DNA of 64,000 nucleotides from assembly GCA_965153285.1 (NCBI GenBank), contig OZ229122.1, one strand, 5' to 3'. The position numbers were made by a program, and so were the translations under genes. Below are positions 1 to 13,309 of the stretch, in pieces. The stretch's first letter is position 1. The number at the start of each line of letters is the position of its first letter. The notes under the pieces are model-generated. The model was not told the DNA's origin. It worked only from the letters and a program-made list of their open reading frames with translations, and did no database searches. The stretch is from Podarcis tiliguerta. Its lineage: Eukaryota.

Positions 1-290
1 CACATGATTGCTGTTAATTTACTCTTTATCATATAATTCATACCATTCAAAAGGACATAAAATATGTGGATGATAAGTAACATTATACATTTTCAAAGTA
101 GACCCATTAGGTCAGTGAACTTAAACAACTTGCATCCACTGCTTTTTTAACAATATAAGTCTGCTCTGAAAATGACTTCGTTGGCTATCACCCCATGACA
201 ATCCCAGCATTGCCTAATTTTTTCTTAATATTTATAACCAGAGAGTCCCAGTTACTCAGCACTTGTTTATTCTCCTATTCCTTCCTCCAG

Positions 291-409
291 GTCCTTGAGG
301 CTCCTTCTTCTGGTGTGGTGCCTGACTTGGCTGGAGTCTGTGACTACCTGGAGTGGACTTACCATTTGCCGCAGGGAGTAGAAAGCTCCGTAGGAACTCA
401 GGCAGTTTA
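291..409 (+). CDS. SCAF1: SCAF1 internal coding exon (VLEAPSSG...TQAV; phase 0 to 2); upstream exons lie outside the window
   Basis: Polypyrimidine acceptor ccttcctccag|GTC and donor TA|gtaagt; phase joins the next exon (TA+C = Tyr). Only weak similarity to the mammalian SCAF1 N-terminus. Confidence 0.6.
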
Positions 410-1156
410 GTAAGTGGGACTCCTATAGGGCAACTATCTCAGGGAGGACAAGTGCCCATTCTTGTGGCTACAGCCTGGAGCTTCACAGTAAAAGCTCTGA
501 AATTCTACCATTCAGTAGAAGTTCTGTAAAACATCGGAGCTGCACAGCTGGCAGGATAACGGTAATAACGAGGCTTTTAGAAACAGAAGCCTGTTGGCAA
601 ATTAAATTCAGAAGCTCGTCAAGCAGTAAAATGCACGGATCAAAGTATCCTTTTTAGGAACTTGGGAATTAAATCTGAGTGCAGTTGCAGAAGGAGGGGA
701 AATTGCAGAAGCCAAATGGCTTTGTAGCAGAAAAGGGGCTCTCATGAGCTACTGCCCTGGCAAATAGAATAGTATTGACTGCTACATCTATGCAGTCCCC
801 TGTGGAAAGGGAGCTCAACTAAGGGGGAGAAACTGCTGGATCATGACCCAGGTCTCCTCAAGGATTTAGACACTGTCAAGCAGAGCTTAGGGATCACAGT
901 GGACCAGAGAGAACGAGACAAATTTCTAAGGTACGTGGGACCGAAATGCCTTGAATTATGCCTGCAAGTCAGTGGAGTTTAGTGCAGACCACAATAATGC
1001 TTCCCTTATTTCTGATCATTGCCCATGCTGGCAGGAACTGGAGTCCAGTATCTAGGGGGCAACAGGTTGGCTTAGAATGTCGCGCTGGAAATTGGGATCT
1101 CTGGGTTGCCGGTGCGGGATCCGCTTCTTAATTCTGTTTTTTGTCTCTTTCAACAG

Positions 1157-1269
1157 CGGGGATGAAGATATGGAAGAAGTGGAGCTGGTGGCTGAGGTGC
1201 GGCTGGGGGATGTGGGCGCCTTGTCTGGCATCTTGAGAAGAAACCTGTCTTGGAGGATGCAGAAGTCTG
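1157..1269 (+). CDS. SCAF1: SCAF1 coding exon (GDEDMEEVELVAEVRLGD...MQKS)
   Basis: Acceptor tctttcaacag, donor G|gtgggt; EDM..ELVAEVRLGD matches human SCAF1 EDMLELVAEVRIGD. Confidence 0.85.
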
Positions 1270-2210
1270 GTGGGTGTCTGCACATATGCGAGAAAAAAAT
1301 GAGACAGATGAGGAAAGGGATGCAGGCGTGACTCTCTAGGATGGAAACTACATTATATGGTAAACCATAGAGAGGGGGTCAGGCAGGATGTATTAACAAG
1401 ATCCAGGGTGGTGGTGCCATTCAGCAAGTTCCGTGTCTTGCACATCCAGAGCCTGCCATCTTATACATAGCAGGGGGAAACGGGCTGCCGTACTTGGCGG
1501 TAGGGTAGTAAAACGGTTTCTTTTCAGTGCTGGGTCTCTTCCCCTAGTCCATTCATAACTGCGTATGTGCTGATAGAAGATCCTCTATTTCAAGTGGTCC
1601 AGCCCAGTTTCTCTTAGGCCCAGGACCCACAAAGATACTCATTTTTCAGGGGACCCCCACCCCTGCTGCTCAATCCTGCCCCAATATGAGCTGCTGGCAG
1701 GCCCCTGCAATGGCACCTCTCCCTTTCTGCTGACCTTGGACCTTGAGCCCAGATATGATGAGGATAAATCCTGCAGTTGGTGGAAACACAGGTCTCTGTA
1801 GCTTGAGATTTGGACTGAGACTCTGAAGTTGCTGGCTACAGCTTTAGGCAGCTCCAGGGCTGGGTGCCTGTACTGGCTAATGGAGTACTGTATGCTATCA
1901 GAGGCTTATACCCAGTCGATAGCAGAATTGGAAATATCGGAACTCTGACTCCTGTGAAGCACCAGTTGTGGAATGTGATACGGGGCCTTTATGTATTTTT
2001 TTTAAAGTTCCCATCTTCTTCCAATTTGGGTGCACGCCTAACCATTTCCGTTTTTGCTCCCTGCAGCCTGCCTTGGATTATCTGCACCTTGCTGGAGAGG
2101 AAGCAGCGCCTGTCCCCTTGGGCACCGTTCCCTTTCAGAGCAGCCTTATCCTCTGGACTCACACAGAACTCTGCCTGTAATGGACCTGGCTCCTTGGACT
2201 TCTCTTTTAG

Positions 2211-5200
2211 CCAGGAGCCAAGTTCCGCAGTCCCCTAAAGCAGACAGGACTTCTCCTTCACCTTGCTTGGGCATGACTCTGGGTACTGGCATGGGGGTAT
2301 CCAGCGGGGGGCAGCAGCGCCCGCAGAGCGCCGCCAGCCGGGAATCTGAATCCCAGCAGCGTTCCCAGCCGCCTCCCGCCAACTCCTTGGACAAGGCCGA
2401 TTCCAGCACCTCCTCTTCATCATCCTGCTCTTCGTCGTCATCCTCAATCTCCTGCCACCAGGGCCTGCCGGGCGAAGGTGGCGGCGACTCTTCAAACCCC
2501 TGCCCCCCAATGCGCTCCCCGGACTTAGATATTTATGATCCCTTCCACCCGACCGATGAGGATAACCTCAATGGTGATTTTGCCTTTGGCGACTCTCCCC
2601 ACAAAGAGGCAGAGGGTGGGCGGCATGACCAGAAGTACGACCCCTTTGACCCCACGGGCTCTAACCCCAGTTCCTCCATCAGCACCCCTTCGCACGAGGA
2701 GGATGACGAGGACGACGACGAAGACGACCACGACCAACACCCTCCGGACATGTCCCACAGCATCAGCCGCATCTCAGAAACATTGGCTGGGATCTACGAC
2801 GAAAACAGCCTGAGCCAAGATTTCCCCAGCTCCGACAAAGGGCAGGAAGATTCTGAGCCAGAGGTGGAAGCCGGCAGGGATTACGAAACGGAGGCAGCCT
2901 GCTCTGCTGAGCTTCCCGAGGGCAAAGAGCCCCCGGGCGCCGATTCCACCCTGCCTGAGGAGCTTCCGTCAGAGCAGGTGGAAGCTAAAGCCCCTGAGCC
3001 ACGCCGCCGGGTCTTCGTGGTAGACCTGGCCCCCAAAGGACGCTTGGATGCTGAAACCAAGCCACAGCTGGAAGGGAAAGTGTCCCTGGAGGTGGTGACT
3101 GTTGGAAACGCCAAGCTGAGGAGTGGCGAGAAGACGTCCAAAGGAGGCGGGCATCATCGGGCCGGACGCCGGTCATCCATGGAGTGGGACGGGAGTGGTG
3201 GCGGCGACTCGGAAATTGAGGAAGGCGAGATTGTCCAGCCAGAGGATGAGCGCTATAGCCCCATTCGACTTTTCCGGAGCAGGTGCCGGCCTGCCGAACA
3301 GCGCACCCTGCGGGTGGTCGAAGGAGACGACTTCCTGTCGCTGCACGCAGACTCGGATGACGAGGGAGCCCTACAGATCGACTTCAGCGAGAGCCAGCCT
3401 GACCCCCGCTGGAAGGGCGTGGACTTGAGGAGAAAGATTCTGACCCAGCGACGAGAGCGCTATCATCGGGCCCCCTCGCCCCTGCCTCCGCCACCGCCGC
3501 CTCCGCCAGCCCCCAAGCGCCCTGCCTCCAAGTCTCACTCTGGATCGAGCTCCGGCTCCTGCAAGAAATCGAAAAGGGAGCGCAAAAGGTCACGAGAGCG
3601 CAAGGCCTCGAAGACCAAGGAGGCTTACGTCTCCCCGTGGAACCCCAAGAAGAAATCCAAATCGCGTTCGAAATCCAAGGAGCGCCGGCATTCACACCAC
3701 AGGGCTTCGCGGTCCCGCTCGCATCACCGAGCCTCCCGGTCTTGGTCGCCATCAATCAGCACCAGCTTGTCTGCGGTTGGCTCCTCCCATACCTCCGCCG
3801 AGCGGCGCAAGAGCAGGAGATCAAAGTCGAAGGAGAAGCGCCGCGGCCGGCGCTCCCGGTCGCGCAGCAGCAGCCGTGCCCATCGCAGCAGACACAAAGA
3901 GAAACATCGGGGGGATGGCGGCAGAAAGAAGAAGAAACGTTCCCGTTCTCACTCGCGGGAGAAGCACCCTTCCCATCGGTTGTCCAAGGACAAGGACCGG
4001 GAGGTGCACCTGCAGGAGGAGCCCAAGTCTGAGAAGGTCCTGATGGAACGCCGTAGAGATGCACGGACTGTGGTGCCCCCATCGATCCAGGACCTCAACG
4101 ACAACGACCTCTTCACCATCAAGAGGACCATCACGGTCAACCAGCAGGAGAAAATGGAAGGGCTCCTGGAGACGCCAGAGAGAGCTAAGCGGGAAGTCCT
4201 TTACGATTCCGAAGGGTTGAGCTTTGATGCTTGCTTCTCGGACCGCGAGCCCGCGGAGGAATCCAAATCGGGCGGGGGGCGGCTAGCGGCCAAGGAGGAC
4301 GTGGTCCCGTCCCGCAAGGACAAGCGGCCGGAGGAGGACATCAAACAGAAGGTGCCTAAGGAGAAAGAGCGCAAGAGGGCCTACCTGGAGGAGCGCCCTG
4401 GTGCCCGCGATAAGTACAAAAAAAAGTTGAAGGAGGGACCGCCCTGTTCCGAACAGCAGGAGTTGCCCAAAGTGGAGAAAAAGGCCCGGCCGGATCGGGA
4501 CAAGACTGGGAAAAAGATCAAAGCTGGAAGTCACAAGGAAAGTGGCAAGTTGGGCTCAGGCCGGAAGGTGAAGCTCCAGTCCAAGGTGGCTGTTTTGATC
4601 CGCGAAGGGGTCAGCAGCACCACGTCGGTCAAGGAGGTGGGTTCCATTGGTGTGAAGTTCAGCCGTGACAAGGAGAGCCGCTCGCCTTTCCTCAAGTCAG
4701 AGGAGAAGGTACTGATGGTTGGAGCCTCGGCAGCCGGCCAAGGAGAGATGGCCGACGTCAAGGAGCCAGGCTTCAAACCCAAGAAAGTCAAAGGGCTGAA
4801 GGCCAAGATGGGCGTGAAGAAGCTGAAGGGCATCAAGCCCAAGGGTGCTTCAGAGCCCAAGAAGAAGAAGAAGCTCAAGGTGAAGACTGGGCTGAAGAAA
4901 TCCAAAGCCGACAGCTGCAGTCAAGGCGCGAGCAGCCCCTTGAGGGTCAAGGAGGAGCCCTCGTGGTCTGGTTCCGAGAAATCGGAGGTCACCGCCAAAC
5001 CACCCAGCCCGCAGCCCTTGGCCCCAGGCCAGGAGCTCACGCCCGACTCCCAGACGGTGGACAGCAGCTGCAAGACGCCCGATGTCTCCTTCCTTCCTGA
5101 AGAGCCACCCGTTGAGCCCCCCAGGGTGCCAGCAGACGAGCCAGAAGCCGACAGCTTGTCCGAGACCAAAGAGGAACAGCCGCTGCAGCCACCCCCTCAC

Positions 5201-5285
5201 CCACCTCGCAGCTTGCCCCAGCCACCGGCCCCCATGTCATGGAACCTGCAGGGTGGGGTGGACTGCACCAGTGGCGTGTTGGCAT
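2211..5285 (+). CDS. SCAF1: SCAF1 large exon (3,075 nt): acidic, Ser/Arg-rich and Lys-rich regions
   Basis: Part of ORF 2054..5449; acceptor tctcttttag|CC, donor T|gtaggt. SCAF1 motifs DIYDPFHPTDE, KYDPF.PTGSNPSSS, SISRISETLAGIYD.NSLSQDFP, DSEIEEGEIVQPE, DLRRKILTQRRERY, KVKLQSKVAVLIREGVSSTT, TPDSQTVDSSCKTP. Confidence 0.96.
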
Positions 5286-7004
5286 GTAGGTATTGGGATG
5301 GGGCCAGGGAAGGAGGGAGGGAGTGCTTTTGTGGAGCCCTGCTCATTGGTCTTTTTAAACGCATTGATACATTGCTTAATACTAAAATAGTTTCCAAGCA
5401 GGTTACAAAAATAACCTGCGTTTGTGTATGTATGTGTGTGTCTGCTTAAAGCCACATTTTCATATATTCTTATGTGGATGTCCCTGTGTTTTGGAGGAAA
5501 GAGGGAGCCCTAGGGAGAGGCTAAGCCAGCTAACAACATCCAGCCCCCTTGCCAGGGATCCAACCCACCCACTGAGATGGTTCCCTGTGCTCCAGCTGTT
5601 CGTTGTGAAACTGAAACTGAAAAACTGTAAAGCAAAGTTAACACACAACACAATGCAAAACAACAAAATCCTAATGAGGCAGAAACATCAACCCCTTTTT
5701 GAAAATGTCTTGAGGGCCAGGTATCCCTTCCCTCTTCTCCCTTTTACCAATGCACTTCCGTTGGTGGTTCTAGTATGAATCTGAAATACGGCTGCAGACC
5801 CCTGTTACTGCTTGCGTGCCATAATGGCATTGATTTTTTCCCTTGATGGATCTTTGCATTATGGAAGTTGTCCATATCCTTGCCTAGAAGGTAGAGCCCC
5901 CTTCGTGTGCCCATACAATTGGAAGGGATCTCAGAGTTCACCTCTTCCGCCCCTCTGCTCAGCGCACCATGCAAGTGCAGCATCCCTGGCAGGTGCCCAC
6001 CAAGAGCTGCTTAAATGCCTCCACCAAAGGAGACTTTGCCACCTCCTAAGGCAAGCCTTTTCCAGTTTTGGACCGCTCTCAGCATAACTTCCAGCTGATA
6101 GCTGCTTCCCTCCCAATTCTCACCTGTTGGTTCTGATCCTCTGGAGCGACCAAGGGCCCAAGTCTGCTGTTTTCTGCATGACAGACCTCCAGATATTCAA
6201 AGACTGCTGTGTCTTGAAGGATTAAACCAGTGTTAAGTCCAGGTCACTGCAAAACTTCACTGTCCACGCACAAAACATTGAATGCAGCCGCAGTCTTCAC
6301 AACCTTTTCATTTTGTTTCTTGGGGCTGTCAATGAAAGCCTGAAAGCCCATCCAGTGAAGGGTAAAAATTCAGAGGACTGGGGCAGCGGTATGAAGTGTT
6401 TCTCTTCAGCCATAACTTGTGCGACCAAAAGTTCCCCAAGTCATTAAAAACCTGAACCTTGCCAGCATGAGAAATCACATAAGGAAAGTAGATGCCTCTG
6501 AGTGTTTGCCATTTTGCGCTAAAGGCACCTGGAACTTGTGTTCCTTGGAGCAGAACCTTCCTAGCTCTGCTAACAGTCAGAGCCAAGGAGCACAGCCCTT
6601 TTCATAGATCTGCTTTCATTTTTCATTGTATCTTTGTTTTTAAACTGTGCAGAGCAGTGTTAAAGCCTTAACTCTAGGTGTTGTAGGAGATCCGCATATT
6701 TTAAAGAGCACTTAGGGGTGGGATTGAATTTGGGCAGTGATAGGATGTTTAGCCTCATCTCAGTTACAAGTTTATTTCTCCCCCCACCCCGGTGCTGTTT
6801 TTCCATGCTGAGTGGGCAGGGAGGGGAGGGAGAATAGAATTATAGAGCAGACCACCCCCCTCTTTGATAAGGGAAAACCCAGGACTTGAGCGTCTGTATA
6901 TCAGGGGTGAGGAACCTCTTAACTGTCCGCCTGCACTCCCTTCTCCACCCCCACCCCATGCCCGTTTGGCAAACCGTTTCTGAGCCTCTTGTTTCTTAAC
7001 CTAG

Positions 7005-7087
7005 TGACTGCCCTGCTTTTCAAGATGGAAGAGGCCAACCTTGCAAGCAGGGCAAAAGCCCAGGAGCTTATTCAAGCAACCAATCAG
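7005..7087 (+). CDS. SCAF1: SCAF1 coding exon ([28 protein letters not shown])
   Basis: Essentially identical to the human peptide; cctag acceptor, gtacgg donor, phases consistent. Confidence 0.96.
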
Positions 7088-8883
7088 GTACGGAGCAGGT
7101 TTGAAACGGTTAAAACCGCTGTTGCAATTCAATTTCATTGTGTAGATAACGGAGATTGGTCTACCCAAATATCACAGGGTGTTGGCACTCGGGTTACAGC
7201 CACAAGTAGCATTTTCAGTACAAAACCCTCAAATTCAGCCAAGAGATCTGGCTGCGGCAACTTCATTTCTGGGAATGTGCGTGCGAAACTCCTTTCTTGC
7301 CATAATGTGGGAGGGGAGGGCAGGAGGTGGAAGGTTGTGGGGCTGACTTGATAACACAAGCGGGACGAAATGCAATACTCTTGGAAGGCAAGACAAAGAT
7401 GACCAACCCCTTAAGGGTTGCGTCAAAGCCCAGAGCACTGTGTACTCTCGCGAAAGCAAGGCGTGCTGTCTAGCACAGAAGCTGGCACTCGTGAGAGTTG
7501 CAGCTCTTCCTTTTAAAAATAAAATTATTATTAGATTCCTGGTTCTCATGGTAGCAGGGACAAGCTTAGATGTATGTGGGTGTTTTCTGGTAAAGGACTT
7601 GCATACAGTGAGGGCTTGATCTTCTCCAGCGTGAAGAGATGGGGCTTCATCTCTCCTAGGACAAGAACTGGTTCTCTATCTCCCAAGCTGGCTGCCATGT
7701 CCTTCCTGGCCTCCCTCTGCCCCTCTACTCTTTGATAGACTAGTTTCCAAATTTAATGTGAACCTGATTTTTGAAAAAAGCAAAAAGAAAAAGCATGGTA
7801 TATGCAAAATGAGATGATGGGAACATATCACCCATTTGAATAAACAAGCATTACTTAACAGAGACTCTAGCCCTGTAACCACTTACCTGGAAACGAACCC
7901 CAGCAAGCAAAGTTGGGTTTGCTTTCTGAATACACTGGGGCGATTGGGTTGTAAATTCTGTCCAATCTCAGAATGTGTTGTTTGGGGTTCCCCCAACCGG
8001 CATCCGTGACACTTGACCTTCCTCTCATAATCATGTGGTGTTTCGGAGCTGTACAGCTGTTACACCACATTCAGCAGACAGTTTCTCTTCCTCCAAATCA
8101 AGTCTGGTCATGTTCTGTTTTTCTTGAATTGAAAGCCACCCAAAGAGGCTGAGGAAGTCGGATTGCTTTGAAAGTTCTCATCGAGTGGTGACGCCGGTGT
8201 TTAGCTGTCATTGTAGGACCCATTGAACGCGTCTCCAATGCCCAGTTTGGGCTGAGAGGACAAATCAGCTTTGGGGAGGTTGTGTTAGTGGCTGTAGCAG
8301 GGGCATGGCTAGCGGAGGGAATCTGGCAATGCAGATTCCCTGTGTAAAGGGAGTTGGGCTTATCTCACTAAGAGTGAGGCACACGTGGTCCTAGGCCCAA
8401 TTTCATGAGGTTGGGGGGAGCCCTGAGGGGAAAGAAAGAAGGCAATAGAGGGAAATGGTGGTAGGAGGAGCCAAAATGAATAGGAGGAGAAGGAGGGAAA
8501 GCCCTCTGCAATCAACACATTCAGACTTCTGGCAAGTGTGAGCTGGCCCCACACACTTTGGCTTGGGGGCCTGACGCATTGCCCCCAAAGAAATGCAGCC
8601 CTTAGCAAAAGAGAGGTTCCCCAGGCCTTGTGTAACTATTCCCTCAACTGGTCGGTGTAGCTTCCTCTAAGCTCTGCTTACTGATTTTGCAATGTGCAGT
8701 TGCACCCAATTGGGGTATCTTTTAGGGAAGAGAGGTTGACAGGTCACCCTGTCCCAGCCACAGCCAGGTATACCCATCTAGTTAGCTTCTGGGTGGCATC
8801 CCAACATCTAGCTCTTGAGTTTGGAGAAATGGCAGGCCAATGACATGCCGTCTTAACCATCTCCTCCTCCCTCCTTCTACCAG

Positions 8884-9168
8884 ATCCTGACCCACACCAA
8901 GCCTGCTGCCTCCTTGGGCCCCCCTCAGCCGCCAGCACCACCGGCCCACCCGCCTGCCTCGCACTTGGCTGTACCGCCCGTCTCCTACCTGCTCCAGAGC
9001 TCCCTGCCTCTCGGAGGCTGTGGCTCCACCCCCACCACCCCCACCGGAGTCTTGCCCGGGACGTTGAGTCAGGCTTCGTCAGGCCCTCCCTCCGCGGCCA
9101 TCTTTGCCTCTTCCTCCGGCACCGATCTGGGGAGCACCAGCTCTGAAGGGCGTGGAGACAGCGACAAG
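8884..9168 (+). CDS. SCAF1: SCAF1 coding exon (ILTHTKP...[16 protein letters not shown]...SEGRGDSDK)
   Basis: Acceptor ttctaccag, donor gtaaga; 285 nt in frame; matches human [16 protein letters not shown] and SEGRGDTDK. Confidence 0.95.
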
Positions 9169-10341
9169 GTAAGAGCTGGGGTTGTTTTTGGAATGAAGCA
9201 GCTGGTGCTTTCAGGCAAGCCTTCCCCAGCTCCCATCATCCCTAACTACCATTGTCCATGCCAGCTGGGTTTGTGTCATGGACTGGCTGGACACAGAAGA
9301 AGGATGGGATGCTCCAGCTGGGGAACCCCCAAGGGAAGAAGGCTCAGAGCCCAGGGAGTGGTGGTGCCACGCCAGTGAGCAGCCAGAGGGAGAAGACTGG
9401 GAAGAGGAGGGTTCAAAAGCCGAAGGGGTAACGCTTTAGTGAGCAGGGAGAGTCTGTGACAGAAAGAAGTCCAGAAACAGAGGCAGAAACAGGAGAGGAG
9501 GGAGGGCAGAGATTAGTCAGACTGCTGAAGAAGTCAGGGTGTCTCTCTCTCCGCCTTTGACAAGCTCCCCTCCCCCTGGTCTCCCAGGACCAGGAGAGGC
9601 AAAAAGTGGGAGGAGCAAAGGCAGGCACATTGGTGTAGTCTCAGATTGGGAAGGACCTTGGAGAGGAGGAGACTTAGGCAGCTGTGGGAAGGTGCGGGTT
9701 TCTTCAGTCTCCAAAACTGCCTCATAGAGGTAGGACCTACCAGAGATGAGCTGCTTGCTAATTAGGCCCGATACTCCTGTACAGCTCCTGTTTTGCTAAG
9801 AGTTAGCTCAGTGATTTCTTGCTGGCCCGCTTACTTACAGAATGTCGGAGGTTTTTGAGAGTCCTGAAACACCAGGAGGGCCACAGGGTCCTCGCTTCTG
9901 CACTAAGCAGCACAGATTGGGGCCAGTTGCCCAGCACTAAAATCACCAGGGACGTGAGAATCGGCCTTAGGCCAAGTCAGACCATTGGCTCATCTAGTTC
10001 AGGATTGGCAGCAGAGATCTCTTCCAGCCTTACCTGGAGGTAACAGGGATTGAACCCTGGAACATTCTGCATGCATTGAAAGTAGATGCTGCAACACTAA
10101 GCTAAAGCCCTCCCGTAGATATTCAGCAGTGGACTACGGTTCATATTCCTGGTATTGGGACAGGTACTTTAAACCATCTATGGAGGGGGTCAAACAGTTT
10201 CCTGGGGGAAGAGAAAGGAAGTTCTTACAGAGGTATCCGTTTCGGCTAATGAACCATTGCTTGCAAGCAACATAGAAGTGGGGCTTGATCAGCCCAGGGC
10301 TGCCACTTCTCACACCTATGCCATGCCATCAACATACCTTA

Positions 10342-10689
10342 AAGATAAAGGGACCCCTGACCATTAGGTCCAATCGTGGCCGACTCTGGGGTTGCGGCGT
10401 TCATCTCGCTTTATTGGCCGAGGGAGCCGGCGTACAGCTTCTGGGTCATGTGGCCAGCATGACTAAGCCGCTTCTGGTGAACCACAGCAGCACACGGAAA
10501 CACCGTTTACCTTCCCGCCGGAGTGGTACCTATTTATCTACTTGCACTTTGATGTTCTTTCGAACTGCTAGGTTGGCAGGAGCAGGGACCGAGCAACGGG
10601 AGCTCACCCTGTTGCGGGGATTCAAACCGCCGACCTTCTGATCGGCAAGCCCTAGGCTCTGGTTTAACCCACAGCGCCACCCGCGTCCC
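10342..10689 (-). mobile_element. Sauria SINE, near full length, with 13-bp TSD
   Basis: Reverse complement of GGGACGCGGGTGGCGCTGTGGGTTAAACC...GGGGTCCCTTTA; TSD tcaacatacctta at 10329-10341 and 10692-10704. Confidence 0.9.
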
Positions 10690-10780
10690 ACTCAACATAC
10701 CTTAGAACTAGCTTTACTTCACCTTGCGCCCGCCCCCCCCCCCGGCTTCAGCTGACTCTCCTCCCTCTGCTCCACTGCAG

Positions 10781-10909
10781 TACCTGAAAAAGCTCCACAC
10801 ACAGGAACGGGCAGTGGAGGAAGTGAAGTTGGCCATCAAGCCCTATTACCAGAAGAAGGAGATCACCAAGGAAGAATACAAGGACATCCTGCGTAAAGCC
10901 GTCCACAAG
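10781..10909 (+). CDS. SCAF1: SCAF1 SRI-domain exon ([43 protein letters not shown])
   Basis: Near-identical to the human SCAF1 Pol II CTD-binding C-terminal domain; canonical AG/GT. Confidence 0.97.
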
Positions 10910-11028
10910 GTGAAAGAGGCGCTTGGGGGGGGGGGGTCACGTGGGAGACTTGGAAGTGGGCAGGCCCACGGGGAGAGAAGGAAAGGTATTGACTCTTGTT
11001 TTGTCCTCCTCCAATCCTCCTCCTCTAG

Positions 11029-11205
11029 ATCTGCCACAGCAAGAGCGGCGAAATCAACCCTGTCAAAGTGAACAACCTAGTGAAGGCGTACGTCCAGCGA
11101 TACAAGTACTTTCGAAAACACGGGCGCAAGATGGATGAGGAGCCAGGCCCCCCCAAGGAGATAGCGGGGCTGGACAAGTCTGGCTTGCCCATGCCCCCAC
11201 TCTGA
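11029..11205 (+). CDS. SCAF1: SCAF1 last coding exon ([34 protein letters not shown]...LPMPPL*)
   Basis: Acceptor tcctctag; TGA at 11203-11205; C-terminus matches human ...LPLPPL*. Confidence 0.96.
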   Translation: MCHSKSGEINPVKVNNLVKAYVQRYKYFRKHGRKMDEEPGPPKEIAGLDKSGLPMPPL

Positions 11206-13173
11206 TTGACCACCAGGGGGGGGAAATAATAAAAAAGAATGGCCCTTCTTTATGCAAATAGGCTTGGCTGGGCCCCCCTCCCCCAGCCCCCTTTCCTGTG
11301 TGTGGGGCGTGTGGAAGGGAGGGGTTGGGGCGACCCGCTTTGTTTGGGGAGGGGAGGCATTTGGAGCGTGCGGTTCTTGTGCATCTGCTACCTGCCCCTC
11401 AACACTCGACAGTTTTAGCCACAAAGCGACTTGTGTTTTACCCTGTAAATACAGATGAGAGGATGGGAAACTAATTTTTAGTTTCATCACTCTCCAAACC
11501 CACCCACCCACCCCCGTGATACAGTGGGTGGCTGTTATTCCCCCACCCCACCCCACCCACCTTAGTTTTTACTCATTTAGCATGTTTTTAATTTGACGGT
11601 TTTATTCTCGCCCTCCCTCCCGTCAGGAGTCATGAAAGAGCAGTACCGTGGCCGGCCTGTAGATGGCAGCTTCCTGCCACACTGGGTGGGTAGCACATCC
11701 CTCATCCTCCCCCCAGTTGTAAGTTCGTCTGCCATACTCTTCCCCACCCCTTTCTCTTCATAAAACTGCATTTAGCCATGTAAATCGAGCTCTGTCTCTG
11801 TGGTCCTTTAGTGAGGGGTGTGTGTGTGTCTCTGTCCTTTTTTGGGGGGGGGGTGCACTCCCTCAGAACGCAGATGGATCACATTTGTTGCTACAACTAC
11901 CTTGTGGAAGAACTGCTTTGGCTTTTTTATTCTTTAAAGGGTGCTTGAGGCATCGGGCAAAATCTTGCTTTGCAGATGGCAACTCTCTCCCCTCCCTATT
12001 CTGAGGGGCAACTGCATTTCTGCACCCCTATTTAAGCAGTCACGTTAGAGTAGGCCTAGCAGACCGGATCAGGTCTTCAGCCTTTTCTTCTACTTCTGGA
12101 ATTCCCATTTTCTGAATTCTTTCTCCAGGGCCAAATGTTGATTCTCATCCCTATCTCATAACTACCCATGAAATCAAAATGAGACATCGCCTAGGGCTGG
12201 GGTGATACCAGCTTTTCAACACTGTGATGCACCGCCAGCCAAACATCATGATACAGTGATACACTTTGCGTTGTTGCAAAGCGGAGGAAGGAACGAGCTG
12301 CATCGGCCACGTCCCTGTGGTGAAACTGCTGCCTCTCCGGCTGAGGGAGCTGAGGCAGCTTCACCTTAGCACCTTGTGGGGCTGCGGCTGACACAGCTTG
12401 TTTTTCCGCATGGCGGAGGAGCTCAGGAATGGCAGAGGTTTCGCCTGCAATATACTGCTGGGTGAAGGCACCGTCACGGTCTGGCCCTGGGTGACGTATC
12501 AATTCATCACCCAGGCCTAGTGTTGCCTGGTACTTAGTTGAACCCAATCACATTGTATAGTAGTGGGGGCTGTGGCCCTCCAGTTGTTGCTGGACTCCAA
12601 ATTCCATCCGCCCCTGCCGGCATGGTCGATGTCTGGCAAAATCTGGAGGGCCACAGCTTCGCTTTTCCTTTCCCCTTGCTGTAGTTGGTCAACTGTACCC
12701 TTTTGGTCATTGATGTTGCCACCCCCCGAGGATGCCCAGGGTCAGGTTGCCCAAGAAACACCTGGGAGGTGGGATAATGCAGGGGTAGCCAATGTAGTAG
12801 AGGTATTGGGAGAACTACAGTTCCCAATATCCCCTACCAGTGGGACAAATGGCTGAGGATGAAGAGAGTAAGTAGGAGAGCACTACGTTGGCTGTCCCAG
12901 GAGGAAGTGTATAAACCAGGGTTTCCCAAACCAGGGTCTCCAGCTGTTTGTTTTTTTTGGACTACAATTCCCATCACCCCCGACCATTGGTCCTGCTAGC
13001 TAGGGATGATGGGAGTTGTAGTATATACAACCACTGGTGGACCAGACTGCTGCTGAAAAGGGGTGGGAGGAGAATGTAAGGAAGAAACTTACAAGGGACT
13101 GCGCGGAGAAGGAAGCCTACGTAACAGCCCTTCTGAGAATCCGGTATAACATTGCTAAAGGAGTCTTCTAAAC

Positions 13174-13309
13174 CAGTGTTCCCCAACCTTGGGCCTCCAG
13201 CTGTTTTTGGACTACAACTCCCATCATCCCTTGCTAGCAAGACCAGTGGTCAAGGATGATGGGAATTGTAGTCCAAAAACAGCTGGAGGCCCAAGGTTGG
13301 GGAACACTG
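13174..13309. mobile_element. Palindromic hAT-type MITE (~136 bp hairpin)
   Basis: Near-perfect inverted arms cagtgttccccaaccttgggcctccagctgtttttggactacaa; perfect 8-bp TSD ttctaaac. Related partial copies at about 12565-12660, 12917-13022, 18250-18380, 18428-18562, 23865-24030 and 25750-25850. Confidence 0.85.

Noticed and set aside
2054-5449. 1131-aa ORF as a single-exon gene
   Set aside because: It is the SCAF1 large exon (2211-5285) extended by intronic read-through at both ends; splice sites and downstream exons are evident.
2146-5455. Many antisense and alternative-frame ORFs over the SCAF1 large exon
   Set aside because: Shadows of GC-rich, low-complexity coding sequence; no independent support.
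12191-12547. 118-aa minus-strand ORF between SCAF1 and IRF3
   Set aside because: Non-ATG start, no recognisable domain or splice context; probably UTR or intergenic.
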